In this document: positions 9,678 through 18,998 of the stretch, in pieces
How the letters are laid out: each line of letters opens with the position of its first letter
How positions within the stretch are numbered: position 1 is the first letter of the stretch
NCBI GenBank assembly: GCA_025351875.1
Contig: JANXVA010000180.1
Coordinates: forward strand, 16,517-80,516
DNA from: Myxococcales bacterium
Lineage (GTDB): Bacteria > Myxococcota_A > Polyangia > Polyangiales > Polyangiaceae
Direction of reading: 5' to 3'
DNA length: 64,000 nt
Notes under the pieces: model-generated
What the model was told of the DNA's origin: nothing
Seen by the model: the letters and a program-made list of their open reading frames with translations, nothing else
Databases searched by the model: none
Made by a program: the position numbers and the translations under genes

Positions 9678-10376
9678 GTGGGGGAGAAGTTCACGTTCGA
9701 TGTCGCCACGCACGGGAGCACCACCGCGCTCGTGTATCGCGCGCGCGACCCGATCGGCGCGACGCTGATCCTCGCGCATGGTGCCGGCTCCGCGCAGACC
9801 CACCCGTTCATGGTCGACATGGCGCAACGGATCTCGAAGCGCGGCATCGACGTCGTGACCTTCAATTTTCTCTACACCGAGCGCGGTCGGAAGATGCCCG
9901 ATCGCAACGACCTGCTCGAGACCTGCTGGCATGCCGCGATCGCGAGCGTGCGCGCGCGCGCCGGGCTGCCCACCGAGCGCATCTTCTACGGCGGCAAGTC
10001 GATGGGTGGCCGCATCATCTCGAACATCGCAGCCTCCACGGCCGGCGAGGGGCTTGCCGCGAGCGGTCTCGTGTTCCTCGGCTATCCCCTCCATCCCGCG
10101 AACAAGCCCGAGGTCCGGCGCGACGCGCACCTGCCGCGCGTTCCGTTTCCGATGCTCTTCGTCCAGGGCTCGCGTGATCCGCTCGGCGATGCCGCCGAGA
10201 TCCGCAAGGTCGTACGCCGGCTGCCGCATGCGGCCCTCCATGTCGTTCGTGGTGGCGATCATTCGCTCGAGCTGCTCGCGCGCGACGGAGGAGCCGCAAA
10301 GCGCGCGCCGGCCCTCGAGGGCGCCGCCGATGCAATCGCCGCGTTCGTCCAGAAGTTCGGGGGTACGCTCGCCTGA
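9678..10376 (+). CDS. Alpha/beta hydrolase (KANSL3/dienelactone-hydrolase-like)
   Basis: AHGAG, GGKSMGGR nucleophile elbow, LGYPLHP, QGSRD, GGDHS; start GTG 9678 uncertain. Confidence 0.88.
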   Translation: MGEKFTFDVATHGSTTALVYRARDPIGATLILAHGAGSAQTHPFMVDMAQRISKRGIDVVTFNFLYTERGRKMPDRNDLLETCWHAAIASVRARAGLPTERIFYGGKSMGGRIISNIAASTAGEGLAASGLVFLGYPLHPANKPEVRRDAHLPRVPFPMLFVQGSRDPLGDAAEIRKVVRRLPHAALHVVRGGDHSLELLARDGGAAKRAPALEGAADAIAAFVQKFGGTLA

Positions 10377-11188
10377 TGTCGGTCATCGACGGCGGCACGA
10401 TCCTCGTCACCGGAGCATCTTCCGGCATCGGCATGGCGATCGCGCGTCTCGTCGCATCCCGAGCGAAGGCGGTCGTTCTCGTGGCTCGTCGCGTCGACCG
10501 CCTCGAGGAGCTGAAGCGCACGCTCACCGAAGCGCGCAAGGAGCTCCGCGTCGAGGTCATCGGTTGCGATCTGTCCTCGCGGGATGACATCGCGAAGCTC
10601 GTTGCCGAGGTGGCGACGCGTGGTCTCGACATCGACGTGCTCGTGAACAACGCTGGCATCGGAATGATGGGCAGCTTCGAGCGCGCAGACGCGGCGAAGA
10701 CGACCTTCATGATCGATCTCAACGTGACCAGCCTGACGCTGCTCACGCTCGCGTTCCTTCCGGGCATGGTCGAGCGCGACCGAGGCGGTGTGCTCAACGT
10801 CAGCTCGGGCTTCGGGCTCGGGGTCACGCCGCTGTTCGCGGCGTACATCGCCACGAAGCATTACGTGACGGGCTTCACCGAGGGGCTCTGCGCAGACCTC
10901 GCGGGCACGAACGTCGTCGCGACGCAGATCTGCCCGGGGCCAGTCGCGACCGAGTTCGAGCAAACGATGGGAAATACGACAGATGCCAAGATCCCCGCTT
11001 TTATCGAGATCTCGGCCGAACAGTGCGCCCGCACGGCGGTACGGGCCTTCGAACAAGGCCGTGCGCTCGTGGTGCCGGGCCTCGTCATGAAGGTCGTCAT
11101 GCTCCTCAATCAGCTCTCGCCACGCTTCATGCGGCGGGCGTTTGCATCGATCCTGGGGCGCTACGCCCGGGCGAAGAAACTCGCCTAG
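10376..11188 (+). CDS. SDR family oxidoreductase
   Basis: TGASSGIG, NNAG, YIATK; TGATG coupling to the upstream gene. Confidence 0.92.
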   Translation: MSVIDGGTILVTGASSGIGMAIARLVASRAKAVVLVARRVDRLEELKRTLTEARKELRVEVIGCDLSSRDDIAKLVAEVATRGLDIDVLVNNAGIGMMGSFERADAAKTTFMIDLNVTSLTLLTLAFLPGMVERDRGGVLNVSSGFGLGVTPLFAAYIATKHYVTGFTEGLCADLAGTNVVATQICPGPVATEFEQTMGNTTDAKIPAFIEISAEQCARTAVRAFEQGRALVVPGLVMKVVMLLNQLSPRFMRRAFASILGRYARAKKLA

Positions 11189-11234
11189 GCAGTGCTATAA
11201 CGAGAGTGCTTTTTCTCCGCCTCCGAGCCCCCGC

Positions 11235-11777
11235 ATGAACAATCCCCCCAAGCGTCCCGGCGCCTCCCGGCCGCCTCCGCCGATCGTCTCCACCTCGCAG
11301 AGGCCGCCGGCGAGCTTGAAGGATGCGCTCGCCGAGGCACGCGCGATCTCGGGCGGCTCGCTCGGCCGCCCGAGCTCCGTGCCCAGCTCGGGCTCGCCGA
11401 CCGCGATGAAGGCGCGGAAGGTCGTGATGCTCGTCGACCCCGATGCGTCGCTCCGTGCACGCATGCGCGCGGCGATCGAGCCCTACTACGACGTCATCGA
11501 GTGCAAAGACGGCATGGAGGCCGTCGAGATGGCGGGGACGATGCAGCCGCCGGCGATGATCGTCAGCGAGAACGTGATGCCTCGCGTCGACGGGTTCACG
11601 TTGGCGAAGGTGCTTCGCCAGAACCCCGTCATGAAGAGGGTCCCGATCATGTTCTTCTCGTCGCGGAACAGCCCCCAGGACGTGACGCAAGCGCTGGTGC
11701 TGGGCGCGTGCCAGTACGTCCTCAAGACCGTGTCCGTGACGGATATCGTCGCGAAGATTCGCAAGATCGTGGCCTAG
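11235..11777 (+). CDS. Atypical receiver-domain protein with Pro/Ser-rich N-terminus
   Basis: CheY fold (VMLVDPD, MPRVDG, PIMFFSS, GACQYVLK); phospho-acceptor position is Glu. Confidence 0.85.
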   Translation: MNNPPKRPGASRPPPPIVSTSQRPPASLKDALAEARAISGGSLGRPSSVPSSGSPTAMKARKVVMLVDPDASLRARMRAAIEPYYDVIECKDGMEAVEMAGTMQPPAMIVSENVMPRVDGFTLAKVLRQNPVMKRVPIMFFSSRNSPQDVTQALVLGACQYVLKTVSVTDIVAKIRKIVA

Positions 11778-11784
11778 CGCGGCC

Positions 11785-12750
11785 GTGTTACTCCGCATCG
11801 GCTCCATCCCTGTCCGCGTTCGAGGTCTCTTCCTCTTCATGGCGGTCGTCCTCGGGGCGCGCCTGCAGCGGCCCGACCTCATCGCGATCTGGGTCGCGAT
11901 CGTGTTCATCTCGGTGCTCGTCCACGAGCTCGGCCATGCGCTCGTCGGCCGGATGTTCGGACTCGAGCCGCAGATCGAGCTCCATGGAATGGGCGGCACG
12001 ACATCCTGGGTGAACGGCGGTGACATCGGGCACGCGCGCGGGATTGCCATCTCGCTCGCTGGCCCGTTCGCCGGCTTCGGGATCGCCGCGCTCCTCTTCG
12101 CTTGCGAGCGACTCGGGCTCCGCCCCCATAGCCCCCTTGCCGTCCTCGGGCTGGAGCTCGCCTTCCAGATCAATTTCTGGTGGGGCATCTTCAACCTCGC
12201 GCCGATGCTCCCGCTCGACGGCGGCAACGTCTTGCGAGGAACCTTGAACCTGCTCACGAAGGGGCGCGGCGAGAAGCCGGCGCGCGCGATCTCCGTCGTG
12301 ATGGGCGTCGTTCTGCTCGCTTATGCGGCGCTCGCCGGTGCGCTTTGGCTCGGTGCGCTCGCTGCGTTCTTCACGTGGGCGAACGTCCAAGCGTATCGTC
12401 AGGCTGACACGCGCTCGGCCGACGTTCCGCTCGCGCAAGCCATCGAGAAGGCCTACGTGGCGCTCGAACGTGACGACGGCGAGCAAGCGATCGCGCTTCT
12501 CCGGCCCGTGATCGTGCCGCAGACCTCCGAGGAGCTCCGGGCCATCGGCCTGCGCGTCTACTCGTATGCGCTCCTGATCGAGGGCATGTGGGACGAGCTG
12601 CTGCCGATGCTGGAGAAGAACGCCGCGCTCATCGGCGCCGAGGAGCTCACGCGCTACGCGAAGACCGCACGCGAGCTCGGACGCACCGAGGAGGCCGATC
12701 GCATCGGTGCGCTCGTTTCGCGCCCGCGTCCCGCGAACGACTTCGGCTGA
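11785..12750 (+). CDS. Site-2 protease (M50) family protein with C-terminal helical domain
   Basis: HELGH, AGPFAG, NLAPMLPLDGG, multiple TM segments. Confidence 0.9.
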   Translation: MLLRIGSIPVRVRGLFLFMAVVLGARLQRPDLIAIWVAIVFISVLVHELGHALVGRMFGLEPQIELHGMGGTTSWVNGGDIGHARGIAISLAGPFAGFGIAALLFACERLGLRPHSPLAVLGLELAFQINFWWGIFNLAPMLPLDGGNVLRGTLNLLTKGRGEKPARAISVVMGVVLLAYAALAGALWLGALAAFFTWANVQAYRQADTRSADVPLAQAIEKAYVALERDDGEQAIALLRPVIVPQTSEELRAIGLRVYSYALLIEGMWDELLPMLEKNAALIGAEELTRYAKTARELGRTEEADRIGALVSRPRPANDFG

Positions 12751-12771
12751 GGGCTCTCGGAGGTCACTCGG

Positions 12772-13659
12772 TCACTTCACGTCGGCGCAGCAACGGAAGC
12801 CGACCTGCTTCGCGCTGTAGTCCTCGCCGTGATGCGTCGTGGCAGCGCGACATCGGTTGCGGCCCGGGAGCCACCAGCCCCCGCGGAGTGAGGAGCGGTT
12901 CGGCGCGGTCATGCCCTCGCGCTCGACCCACTCGTCGACGTTGCCGATCATGTCGTGCCCGCCGAACGGGCTGACGCACGCGGGGAACGCCGAGAGCGGA
13001 GCGCGATGGTCGCGCAGCTTGTCCATCGGCCCACCGAGGTCGGTGCGGTCGTGGTTGCAGAGGCTCGAGTCACGCTTGAAGCCGTAGGGATACGGATTCA
13101 TCTCGGGACCTTCGCACGCGAACTCCCACTCGCTATCCTTGCAGAGGCGCGCGCCGCGCGCTTCGCAGGTGCTCTTCGCCTCCGTCCAGCTCTTGTTGAC
13201 GACCGGAAGCGCATCCTTCGCTTCGCCGCCGGGCGGTGCTTGCTCGCCGTACTCCTCGCGATCGACACAGAAGCGACGATGCTGGCGCGGTCCCTTGCAC
13301 TTTGCAGGCTTCGCGTACTCGCCGCACCGCAGGTTCTGGTACGGCGGCGGGTCGAGCCACTTGAGGCAGGTCTGCTCGGGGTCCGGGCAGTAGTCGCCGT
13401 CGACGAGCAACATGCCGCTCGCGCACGGACCTTGAACGCCGTCCGCAGGCGTAGGGTCGGCGCCTTTGGCCTTGCTCGCGCCCGGTGGCGTGTCGGCTCC
13501 ACCGACGGACGCTGCGATCGCTTGCTGCGGCGCAAGCCTGGGTGGGAGCGGGCTGCCGCTGGCGGGTCCGTCGACCGGCGCGAGCGTCAAGCCGCAGAAG
13601 GTGGCGACCGAAATTGCCTTACTAATCGGGCTCTGGAGGAACAAGACTTCAACCCCCAC
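12772..13659 (-). CDS. SUMF1/FGE-sulfatase-domain protein
   Basis: RLCKDSEWEFAC, YPYG, SPFGGHDMIGNVDEW, RGGWW, GFRCC; start uncertain. Confidence 0.85.
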   Translation of the reverse strand: MGVEVLFLQSPISKAISVATFCGLTLAPVDGPASGSPLPPRLAPQQAIAASVGGADTPPGASKAKGADPTPADGVQGPCASGMLLVDGDYCPDPEQTCLKWLDPPPYQNLRCGEYAKPAKCKGPRQHRRFCVDREEYGEQAPPGGEAKDALPVVNKSWTEAKSTCEARGARLCKDSEWEFACEGPEMNPYPYGFKRDSSLCNHDRTDLGGPMDKLRDHRAPLSAFPACVSPFGGHDMIGNVDEWVEREGMTAPNRSSLRGGWWLPGRNRCRAATTHHGEDYSAKQVGFRCCADVK

Positions 13660-13822
13660 TTCAAAGTGTGACGCCTGGCCTCGGAATCCGCCAGCTTTCG
13701 GCGATCGTCCGGGCGTGCGGAGAACGGCCGAGCTGAGGGGAGAAGGGGCGTTGGGCGACGTATCAAGAGGCGCTCAGCCCTGCTTCCGACCGCGAGGTCG
13801 GCGTTCCATCCGGGAGGACGAC

Positions 13823-14617
13823 GTGAATCCAGCCTCGCCTGCGCCGAAGAAACGCGATTCCTTTCGGCCACTTCTCTTTGCACCCCCGCAGGGCGGCGAG
13901 CTCCTTCCGCCGACCATCCCGCCGCCGCCGCGCGCCCCTTCGTGGACGGCGGAGGCCCCTGGCGCGAAGGCCCGGTCGACACGGTCGGCCAATGACTCGC
14001 ATGTGCGTCTCCGCGCGCAGTCGCTCCCGCGCGCCGCGGACATCCAGCACCTCGACGCGCAGGATCTCCTCGATGAGCTCTGCGAGGACCAGCTCACGAT
14101 GAGCATGAACCTCGCGCGGCTCATGGAGTCGGTCGCGAGTGCTCCGCGTGATCTGTCGATGGCAGCCACGCTGCGAACGCTCGATGCACGGCTCGCAGAT
14201 CTCGGTGCGCTGCGCGACGCGCTTGCTCGCGTTCATCTCGCGACGGTCGACACGCGGCTCCAGCGCCTCGTCGTTCCCGAGTCTGCGCTCGCCGACTACC
14301 TGCGCGGGATCTACGCGTGGGGGCACGCCGTCGTCCGCGCGCTCGAGCACCTCGCGTCGAGCCTTCAGCCCGAGGGCCCGCTTCGCGTGCATCCGGACTG
14401 GGCGCTGCTCCGCTGGCGGATCGAGGAGGCGAAGAACTTCCACTTCGACGAGCTCCACGAGCCGATCCGCGCGGACCTCCTCGCGTTCACGATCATCGTG
14501 CAGGGCGGCTCGCTCGGCGCGGACCACCCGCGCATCAACGAGCTCGAGTACGCGGTCGAGCGACTCATCTCGACGGCCGTGGCCCTCGAAGAGCACCTCG
14601 ACGAGCGCTTCGGCTGA
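13823..14617 (+). CDS. Hypothetical helical protein
   Basis: GGGAGGA upstream of GTG 13823; Pro-rich N-terminus then amphipathic helices. Confidence 0.7.
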   Translation: MNPASPAPKKRDSFRPLLFAPPQGGELLPPTIPPPPRAPSWTAEAPGAKARSTRSANDSHVRLRAQSLPRAADIQHLDAQDLLDELCEDQLTMSMNLARLMESVASAPRDLSMAATLRTLDARLADLGALRDALARVHLATVDTRLQRLVVPESALADYLRGIYAWGHAVVRALEHLASSLQPEGPLRVHPDWALLRWRIEEAKNFHFDELHEPIRADLLAFTIIVQGGSLGADHPRINELEYAVERLISTAVALEEHLDERFG

Positions 14618-14623
14618 GCGAGG

Positions 14624-16045
14624 CTACTTCGGGATCGTGAGCGTTTCGATCGTCGAGCCGTCGGCCCGCAACGCGGTCCATTTCAGCTGGGTCGCAGACG
14701 CCGACATCACGGCGAAGCCGTGGACGCTCTCTCGCGCCTGGATGTAGGGCTGCGTCGTCTTGAACGCGTAGAGGTCGGCACCGCCGCCGCCGAACACGAG
14801 ATAGCGTGTTCCGAGCGCGTCCGTCGTCGCCGTGCCGTCGGAGGTCCCCGTGCCGCCGGTCATCGGCTTGGTCGACTCGTAGCTGTGGACGTGCCCGTTG
14901 AGCACGGCGTTCACGTGGTACTGGTCGTAGAGCGGCGCCCAGGCGGCGCGCAGGTCGAGCGCGGGCGAGTGCCCGCTCGATGTCGTGTACATCGGCTGAT
15001 GGTGCATCGCGACGACGAAGGGCGTGCGCGCGCGGTCGACCGCGCTCAGCGTGAGGTCGAGAAACGTGCGCTCCACGCCCGTGATGACCGAGCTCGAAGA
15101 CACCGTGTCGTTGAGCGTGACGAACCGCAGCGGTCCGTAGGTCGTCGCGTACCACTCCTCGACTCCGCTCGCGCTCCCGTTGTCGGGGAGCGCGAACTGC
15201 GCGAAGTAGGCCTCGTTCAGGCCCTCGTGGTTTCCGTGCGCCCAGATGCCCGGGAGCTGAGCGAACAGCTCGGGCGCGGCGCCGAAGAGCGCGTCCCATT
15301 GCGACTGGATCCCGCCGCTCGCTACGGCGTCGCCGGTCATCACCATCGCCGTCGCGCCTTGCGCGATCGCCGACTTCGCGAGGTTCGCCCAGACGTCCGG
15401 GTTCGTCCGCGTATCGCCGCCGACGAGGATCTTCACGTCGGTCGCCGCATCGGGGGCCGTCGTCACCTTGTAGACCGCGCTCCGTCCCTTCGAGCCGCCT
15501 GCGTCGTAGTAATACGTGCGCCCGGCCTGGAGCCCGCAGAGGTGCACCTCATGCTGACGGCGATCGGTTGCGCCGTAGTCGAACGAGAAGCCGTGCGCGA
15601 TCTTGTCGAGCTGCGTCGGCGAGTCGCCGAACCGCACCTCTGTCGCGTTCGTCGCGCCGTCCGTGGCCCACTGCACGACCACCGAGGATGATGCGTTGCC
15701 GGCGATCGTGAGGTGGAGGTTCTTCGGCGTCGGCGCCGCCCCGGACGCGTCCTCGTGGAACTTCGCGGCAGGCTTGCTCGGGCTGACCTGCCGGATCGGG
15801 TACCCGCATCGATAGGCGGTGTAGGGAAACGCGACCGGACCGCTCTCCGTCGGAGGTGCCCACGCTGCGTTGGGATCGCCGTCCTTGCCGGGCTCGACCT
15901 GACCGCGAGGGGTCGGGTCCGGCTCGACCGGCGGAGCCGGCGGCACCGGGTCGACCGGCGTGGCGGTCCCGCTGCTCGACGAGCATGCGGCGGCGTATCC
16001 CGCGAAACCCACCAGCCCGAGCCACAACCATGTTCGCGTCGTCAA
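14624..16045 (-). CDS. Purple acid phosphatase-like lipoprotein (FN3 + metallophosphoesterase)
   Basis: Lipobox YAAAC; GDTR, GDAV, GNHE, HQP, GHVHSYE. Confidence 0.88.
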   Translation of the reverse strand: MTTRTWLWLGLVGFAGYAAACSSSSGTATPVDPVPPAPPVEPDPTPRGQVEPGKDGDPNAAWAPPTESGPVAFPYTAYRCGYPIRQVSPSKPAAKFHEDASGAAPTPKNLHLTIAGNASSSVVVQWATDGATNATEVRFGDSPTQLDKIAHGFSFDYGATDRRQHEVHLCGLQAGRTYYYDAGGSKGRSAVYKVTTAPDAATDVKILVGGDTRTNPDVWANLAKSAIAQGATAMVMTGDAVASGGIQSQWDALFGAAPELFAQLPGIWAHGNHEGLNEAYFAQFALPDNGSASGVEEWYATTYGPLRFVTLNDTVSSSSVITGVERTFLDLTLSAVDRARTPFVVAMHHQPMYTTSSGHSPALDLRAAWAPLYDQYHVNAVLNGHVHSYESTKPMTGGTGTSDGTATTDALGTRYLVFGGGGADLYAFKTTQPYIQARESVHGFAVMSASATQLKWTALRADGSTIETLTIPK

Positions 16046-16075
16046 TGGCGCCTCCGTCGGAGTGAGAGCTTAGCA

Positions 16076-16103
16076 TTGCCCTGGAAAATGGCTCCACTAT
16101 GCT
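16076..16103 (+). promoter_or_regulatory. Sigma-70-type promoter implying a leaderless transcript
   Basis: TTGCCC-N16-TATGCT, then 6 nt to ATG 16110; no SD. Confidence 0.5.
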
Positions 16104-16109
16104 CCGCGC

Positions 16110-17927
16110 ATGGCGACGATGGTGCACGAGGTCCTGGCGGAGACGGTCGCGAAGCACGGTGACCGCGCTGCGCTCCGGGTGAAGAGCGGCGGCAGCTGGA
16201 AGACGACCACGTGGAGCTCGTACGGTCGCGACGCGCGACGGGCTGCTCGCGCGCTCCTCAAGCTCGGCATCGAGCCCGGTAAGGGCGTCAGCTTGATTGG
16301 GCAGAACAGCGCCGAGTGGCTCATCGCCGACGTCGGCGCCATCCTTGCCGGTGCGATGCCCGCGGGTATCTACACGACGAACAGCGCCGAGCAGGTCCGG
16401 TACATCACCGATCACTGCGAGGCGAAGGTCTCGTTCGCGGACACCGCGGCGCAGGTCGCGAAGTTCGTCGCCGAGAAGGACCACATGCCGCGTCTCGAGG
16501 TCGTCGTCCAGATGACCGGCAAGCCCGCCGAAGGCGCGGGCGGCGGCAAGCTCCGCGTGATGGGCTGGGAAGACTTCCTCGCGCTCGCCGAGGACGTCCC
16601 CGAGGCCGACCTCGAGGCGCGCATGAAGGCGCAGAAGCCCGACGACGTGTGCACGCTCATCTACACGTCGGGAACGACCGGCGAGCCGAAGGCCGTGATG
16701 ATCACCCACACGAACATCGTGTGGACGGCGGGGACCTTGCTCCCGACGTTGAAGCTCGGCCCCGAGGACATCACGCTCAGCTATCTCCCGCTCAGCCACA
16801 TCGCCGAGCAGGTCCTCACGATCCATGGGCCGATGGCGATGGGCTCGGTCGTGTACTTCGCCGAGAGCATCGAGAAGCTCGGCGAGAACCTCGCCGAGGT
16901 CCGGCCCACCCTCTTCATGGGCGTCCCCCGCGTCTGGGAGAAGATCCAGGCGAAGATGCAGGCGGCCGGGGCCAAGGCGCCGCCGATGCGGAAGAAGCTC
17001 GTTGCCTGGGCGAGGAAGACCGGCCTCGCCGGCGGCTATGCCGAGCAGCGCGGCGAGAAGAAGCCGCTGCTCTTTCCCGTCGCGAAGAAGATCGTCTTCG
17101 ACAAGGTTCGAGAGCGCCTCGGCCTCGACCGCACGCGCCTCTGCGTGACGAGCGCCGCGCCGATCTCGCGCACCACGCTCGAGTTCTTCCTCGCGCTCGG
17201 CATCCCGGTGCTCGAGGTCTACGGCATGAGCGAGTGCACCGGCCCCGGCACGTACTCGCCGCCCGAGCGCTATCGCACCGGCAAGTGCGGCATCTGTCTG
17301 CCCGGCGCCGAGCTCAAGCTCGCCGAGGACGGCGAGATCTGCATGCGCGGCAAGCACGTCTTCAAGGGCTACCTGAAGGATCCCGAGTCTACGGCCGCCG
17401 CGCTCGACGCCGAGGGCTGGCTCCACTCCGGCGATATCGGAACGATCGACGCGGAAGGGTTCCTGCAGATCACCGATCGCAAGAAGGATCTGCTCATCAC
17501 CGCGGGCGGCGAGAACATCGCGCCGCAAGTGCTCGAAGGTCACCTCAAGGGGATCCCGGTCGTCGCTCAGGCGGTGGTCATCGGCGATCGTCGCAAGTAC
17601 CTCTCCGCGCTCGTGACGCTCGATCCCGAGCGCGTGAAGACCGAAGCCGAGCTCGCCGGCTCGCCCGCGCGGAGCGTCGACGACGCCGCGACCTGCACCG
17701 TGTTCCGCCGTCACCTCGAGAAGCAGATCGACACGATCAACGAGAAGCTCGCGCGCGTGCAGACGATCAAGCGCTTCGCGATCATCCCGCGCGAGTTCAC
17801 GATCGAGGGTGGCGAGCTGACGCCGACCATGAAGGTGAAGCGCAAGGTCGTGAACGAGAAGTACAAGGTCGAGATCGAAGCGCTCTACCCCTCCGAGGAA
17901 GGCGAGGGGGCCTCCGCCCAGGCCTGA
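16110..17927 (+). CDS. Long-chain fatty-acid--CoA ligase (AMP-dependent synthetase)
   Basis: YTSGTTGEPK, YGMSE, WLHSGDIG, DRKKDL, GGENIAP, TPTMKVKR. Confidence 0.93.
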   Translation: MATMVHEVLAETVAKHGDRAALRVKSGGSWKTTTWSSYGRDARRAARALLKLGIEPGKGVSLIGQNSAEWLIADVGAILAGAMPAGIYTTNSAEQVRYITDHCEAKVSFADTAAQVAKFVAEKDHMPRLEVVVQMTGKPAEGAGGGKLRVMGWEDFLALAEDVPEADLEARMKAQKPDDVCTLIYTSGTTGEPKAVMITHTNIVWTAGTLLPTLKLGPEDITLSYLPLSHIAEQVLTIHGPMAMGSVVYFAESIEKLGENLAEVRPTLFMGVPRVWEKIQAKMQAAGAKAPPMRKKLVAWARKTGLAGGYAEQRGEKKPLLFPVAKKIVFDKVRERLGLDRTRLCVTSAAPISRTTLEFFLALGIPVLEVYGMSECTGPGTYSPPERYRTGKCGICLPGAELKLAEDGEICMRGKHVFKGYLKDPESTAAALDAEGWLHSGDIGTIDAEGFLQITDRKKDLLITAGGENIAPQVLEGHLKGIPVVAQAVVIGDRRKYLSALVTLDPERVKTEAELAGSPARSVDDAATCTVFRRHLEKQIDTINEKLARVQTIKRFAIIPREFTIEGGELTPTMKVKRKVVNEKYKVEIEALYPSEEGEGASAQA

Positions 17928-17962
17928 GGCGCATCTATCGGTGAAGGTGGGATGCCCACGGA

Positions 17963-17988
17963 AGAGATCGATTTCCAGATCGATCTCT
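17963..17988. promoter_or_regulatory. Perfect 10-bp inverted repeat (operator or terminator-like)
   Basis: AGAGATCGAT-TTCCAG-ATCGATCTCT in the intergenic gap. Confidence 0.4.
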
Positions 17989-18004
17989 CCGGCCGTCCGT
18001 TGGA

Positions 18005-18748
18005 TTGGCCGTGACCACGCCCTACCGCAACGAAGTCGACGCCCTCCGTGAACGCAAGGCCTCGCTCGAGGCTGAAATTGCCCGACTTCGTGACCAGACG
18101 ACGCGCCTCGACGAGCTCCGGGCTCGCGAGACCGCGCTGGCGAGCGAGCTCGCCAGCGTCGACGGCCGCCTTCGCGCTGGCATGCCGAAGCGTGGGCTCC
18201 CGCTCCTCGACCAGCTTCGTGTCGCCAGCCCGTGCAAGGCGGACTGGAACGAGATGCTCGGTGACGAGCGTGTGCGGTTCTGTCTGAGCTGCGAGAAGGA
18301 CGTCTACAACCTCTCGTCGATGGCGAAGGACGACGCCGAGGCGCTCCTGCGCGACCGCCTCGGTGACGACCTCTGCGTGCGGTTCTACCAGCGCGCCGAT
18401 GGCACGATCCTCACGCAGGACTGCCCCGTCGGCGTGAAGAAGAAGCGCACGAAGAAGCTCGCGCTCGCCGTTGCCGGCGCTGGCGCGATGGCCGCCGCCG
18501 CCGCGACGATGTTCATGCGGGGGGAGACGTGCACGACGCAGGGCGCGGTCGCGGGGGGTGTGATGTACCAAGGCGAGATGACGCCAGTGAACGTCGATCC
18601 CTCCCCGGTCCCGCCGATCGCGCCGGTCGCGCCGAGGACGGTGACCGATCCCAACGAGGGCCACTGGACGGCCGGCATCCGCGCGATGCCCGAGCCGACG
18701 CCTCGGCCCACCCCGAGGATGGGCAAGCCGATGGTCGGTCGTCGCTGA
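18005..18748 (+). CDS. Membrane-anchored protein with coiled coil and Cys-motif domain
   Basis: Coiled-coil N-terminus; ASPCKADW..RFCLSCEK..LCVRFYQRADG..DCPVG; single TM; Pro-rich tail. Confidence 0.8.
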   Translation: MAVTTPYRNEVDALRERKASLEAEIARLRDQTTRLDELRARETALASELASVDGRLRAGMPKRGLPLLDQLRVASPCKADWNEMLGDERVRFCLSCEKDVYNLSSMAKDDAEALLRDRLGDDLCVRFYQRADGTILTQDCPVGVKKKRTKKLALAVAGAGAMAAAAATMFMRGETCTTQGAVAGGVMYQGEMTPVNVDPSPVPPIAPVAPRTVTDPNEGHWTAGIRAMPEPTPRPTPRMGKPMVGRR

Positions 18749-18752
18749 ACGA

Positions 18753-18998
18753 CTACGCGGTGGTGCGCGTCTTCAGGCTGTCGATCGCGTGAACCGGGGC
18801 GCCGTCGCCCTTCATGAGGTGCGCGATCGCGCCGAGGACGAGGCGCTGGCTCTCGAGCATGCTCTTGCCCTCGAAGACCGGCGAGACCACCTGCACCGTG
18901 AAGTGACCCCCGCCGGAGCCCGGGCCGACCTGCACGGCCGCGTCCGGGATCTTCTCGAGGATGGCCGCCTTCATCGCCTCTTCGGTCGGCGTGCCCAT
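18753..18998 (-). CDS. bolA: BolA family protein
   Basis: GGHFTVQVVSPVFEGKS..RLV..HAI; coupled to the glutaredoxin gene. Confidence 0.9.
   Translation of the reverse strand: MGTPTEEAMKAAILEKIPDAAVQVGPGSGGGHFTVQVVSPVFEGKSMLESQRLVLGAIAHLMKGDGAPVHAIDSLKTRTTA

Noticed and set aside
12772-13659. FGE-domain protein as activator of the sulfatase-fold gene at 60669
   Set aside because: The two are 47 kb apart and the sulfatase-fold protein lacks the CxPxR target motif
15549-17714. Long antisense and alternate-frame ORFs (also 1492-3207, 32826-34484, 34880-36550, 40967-42703 and many others)
   Set aside because: Shadow ORFs expected from high-GC codon bias; they overlap well-supported genes and have Arg/Ala/Gly-skewed sequence without motifs
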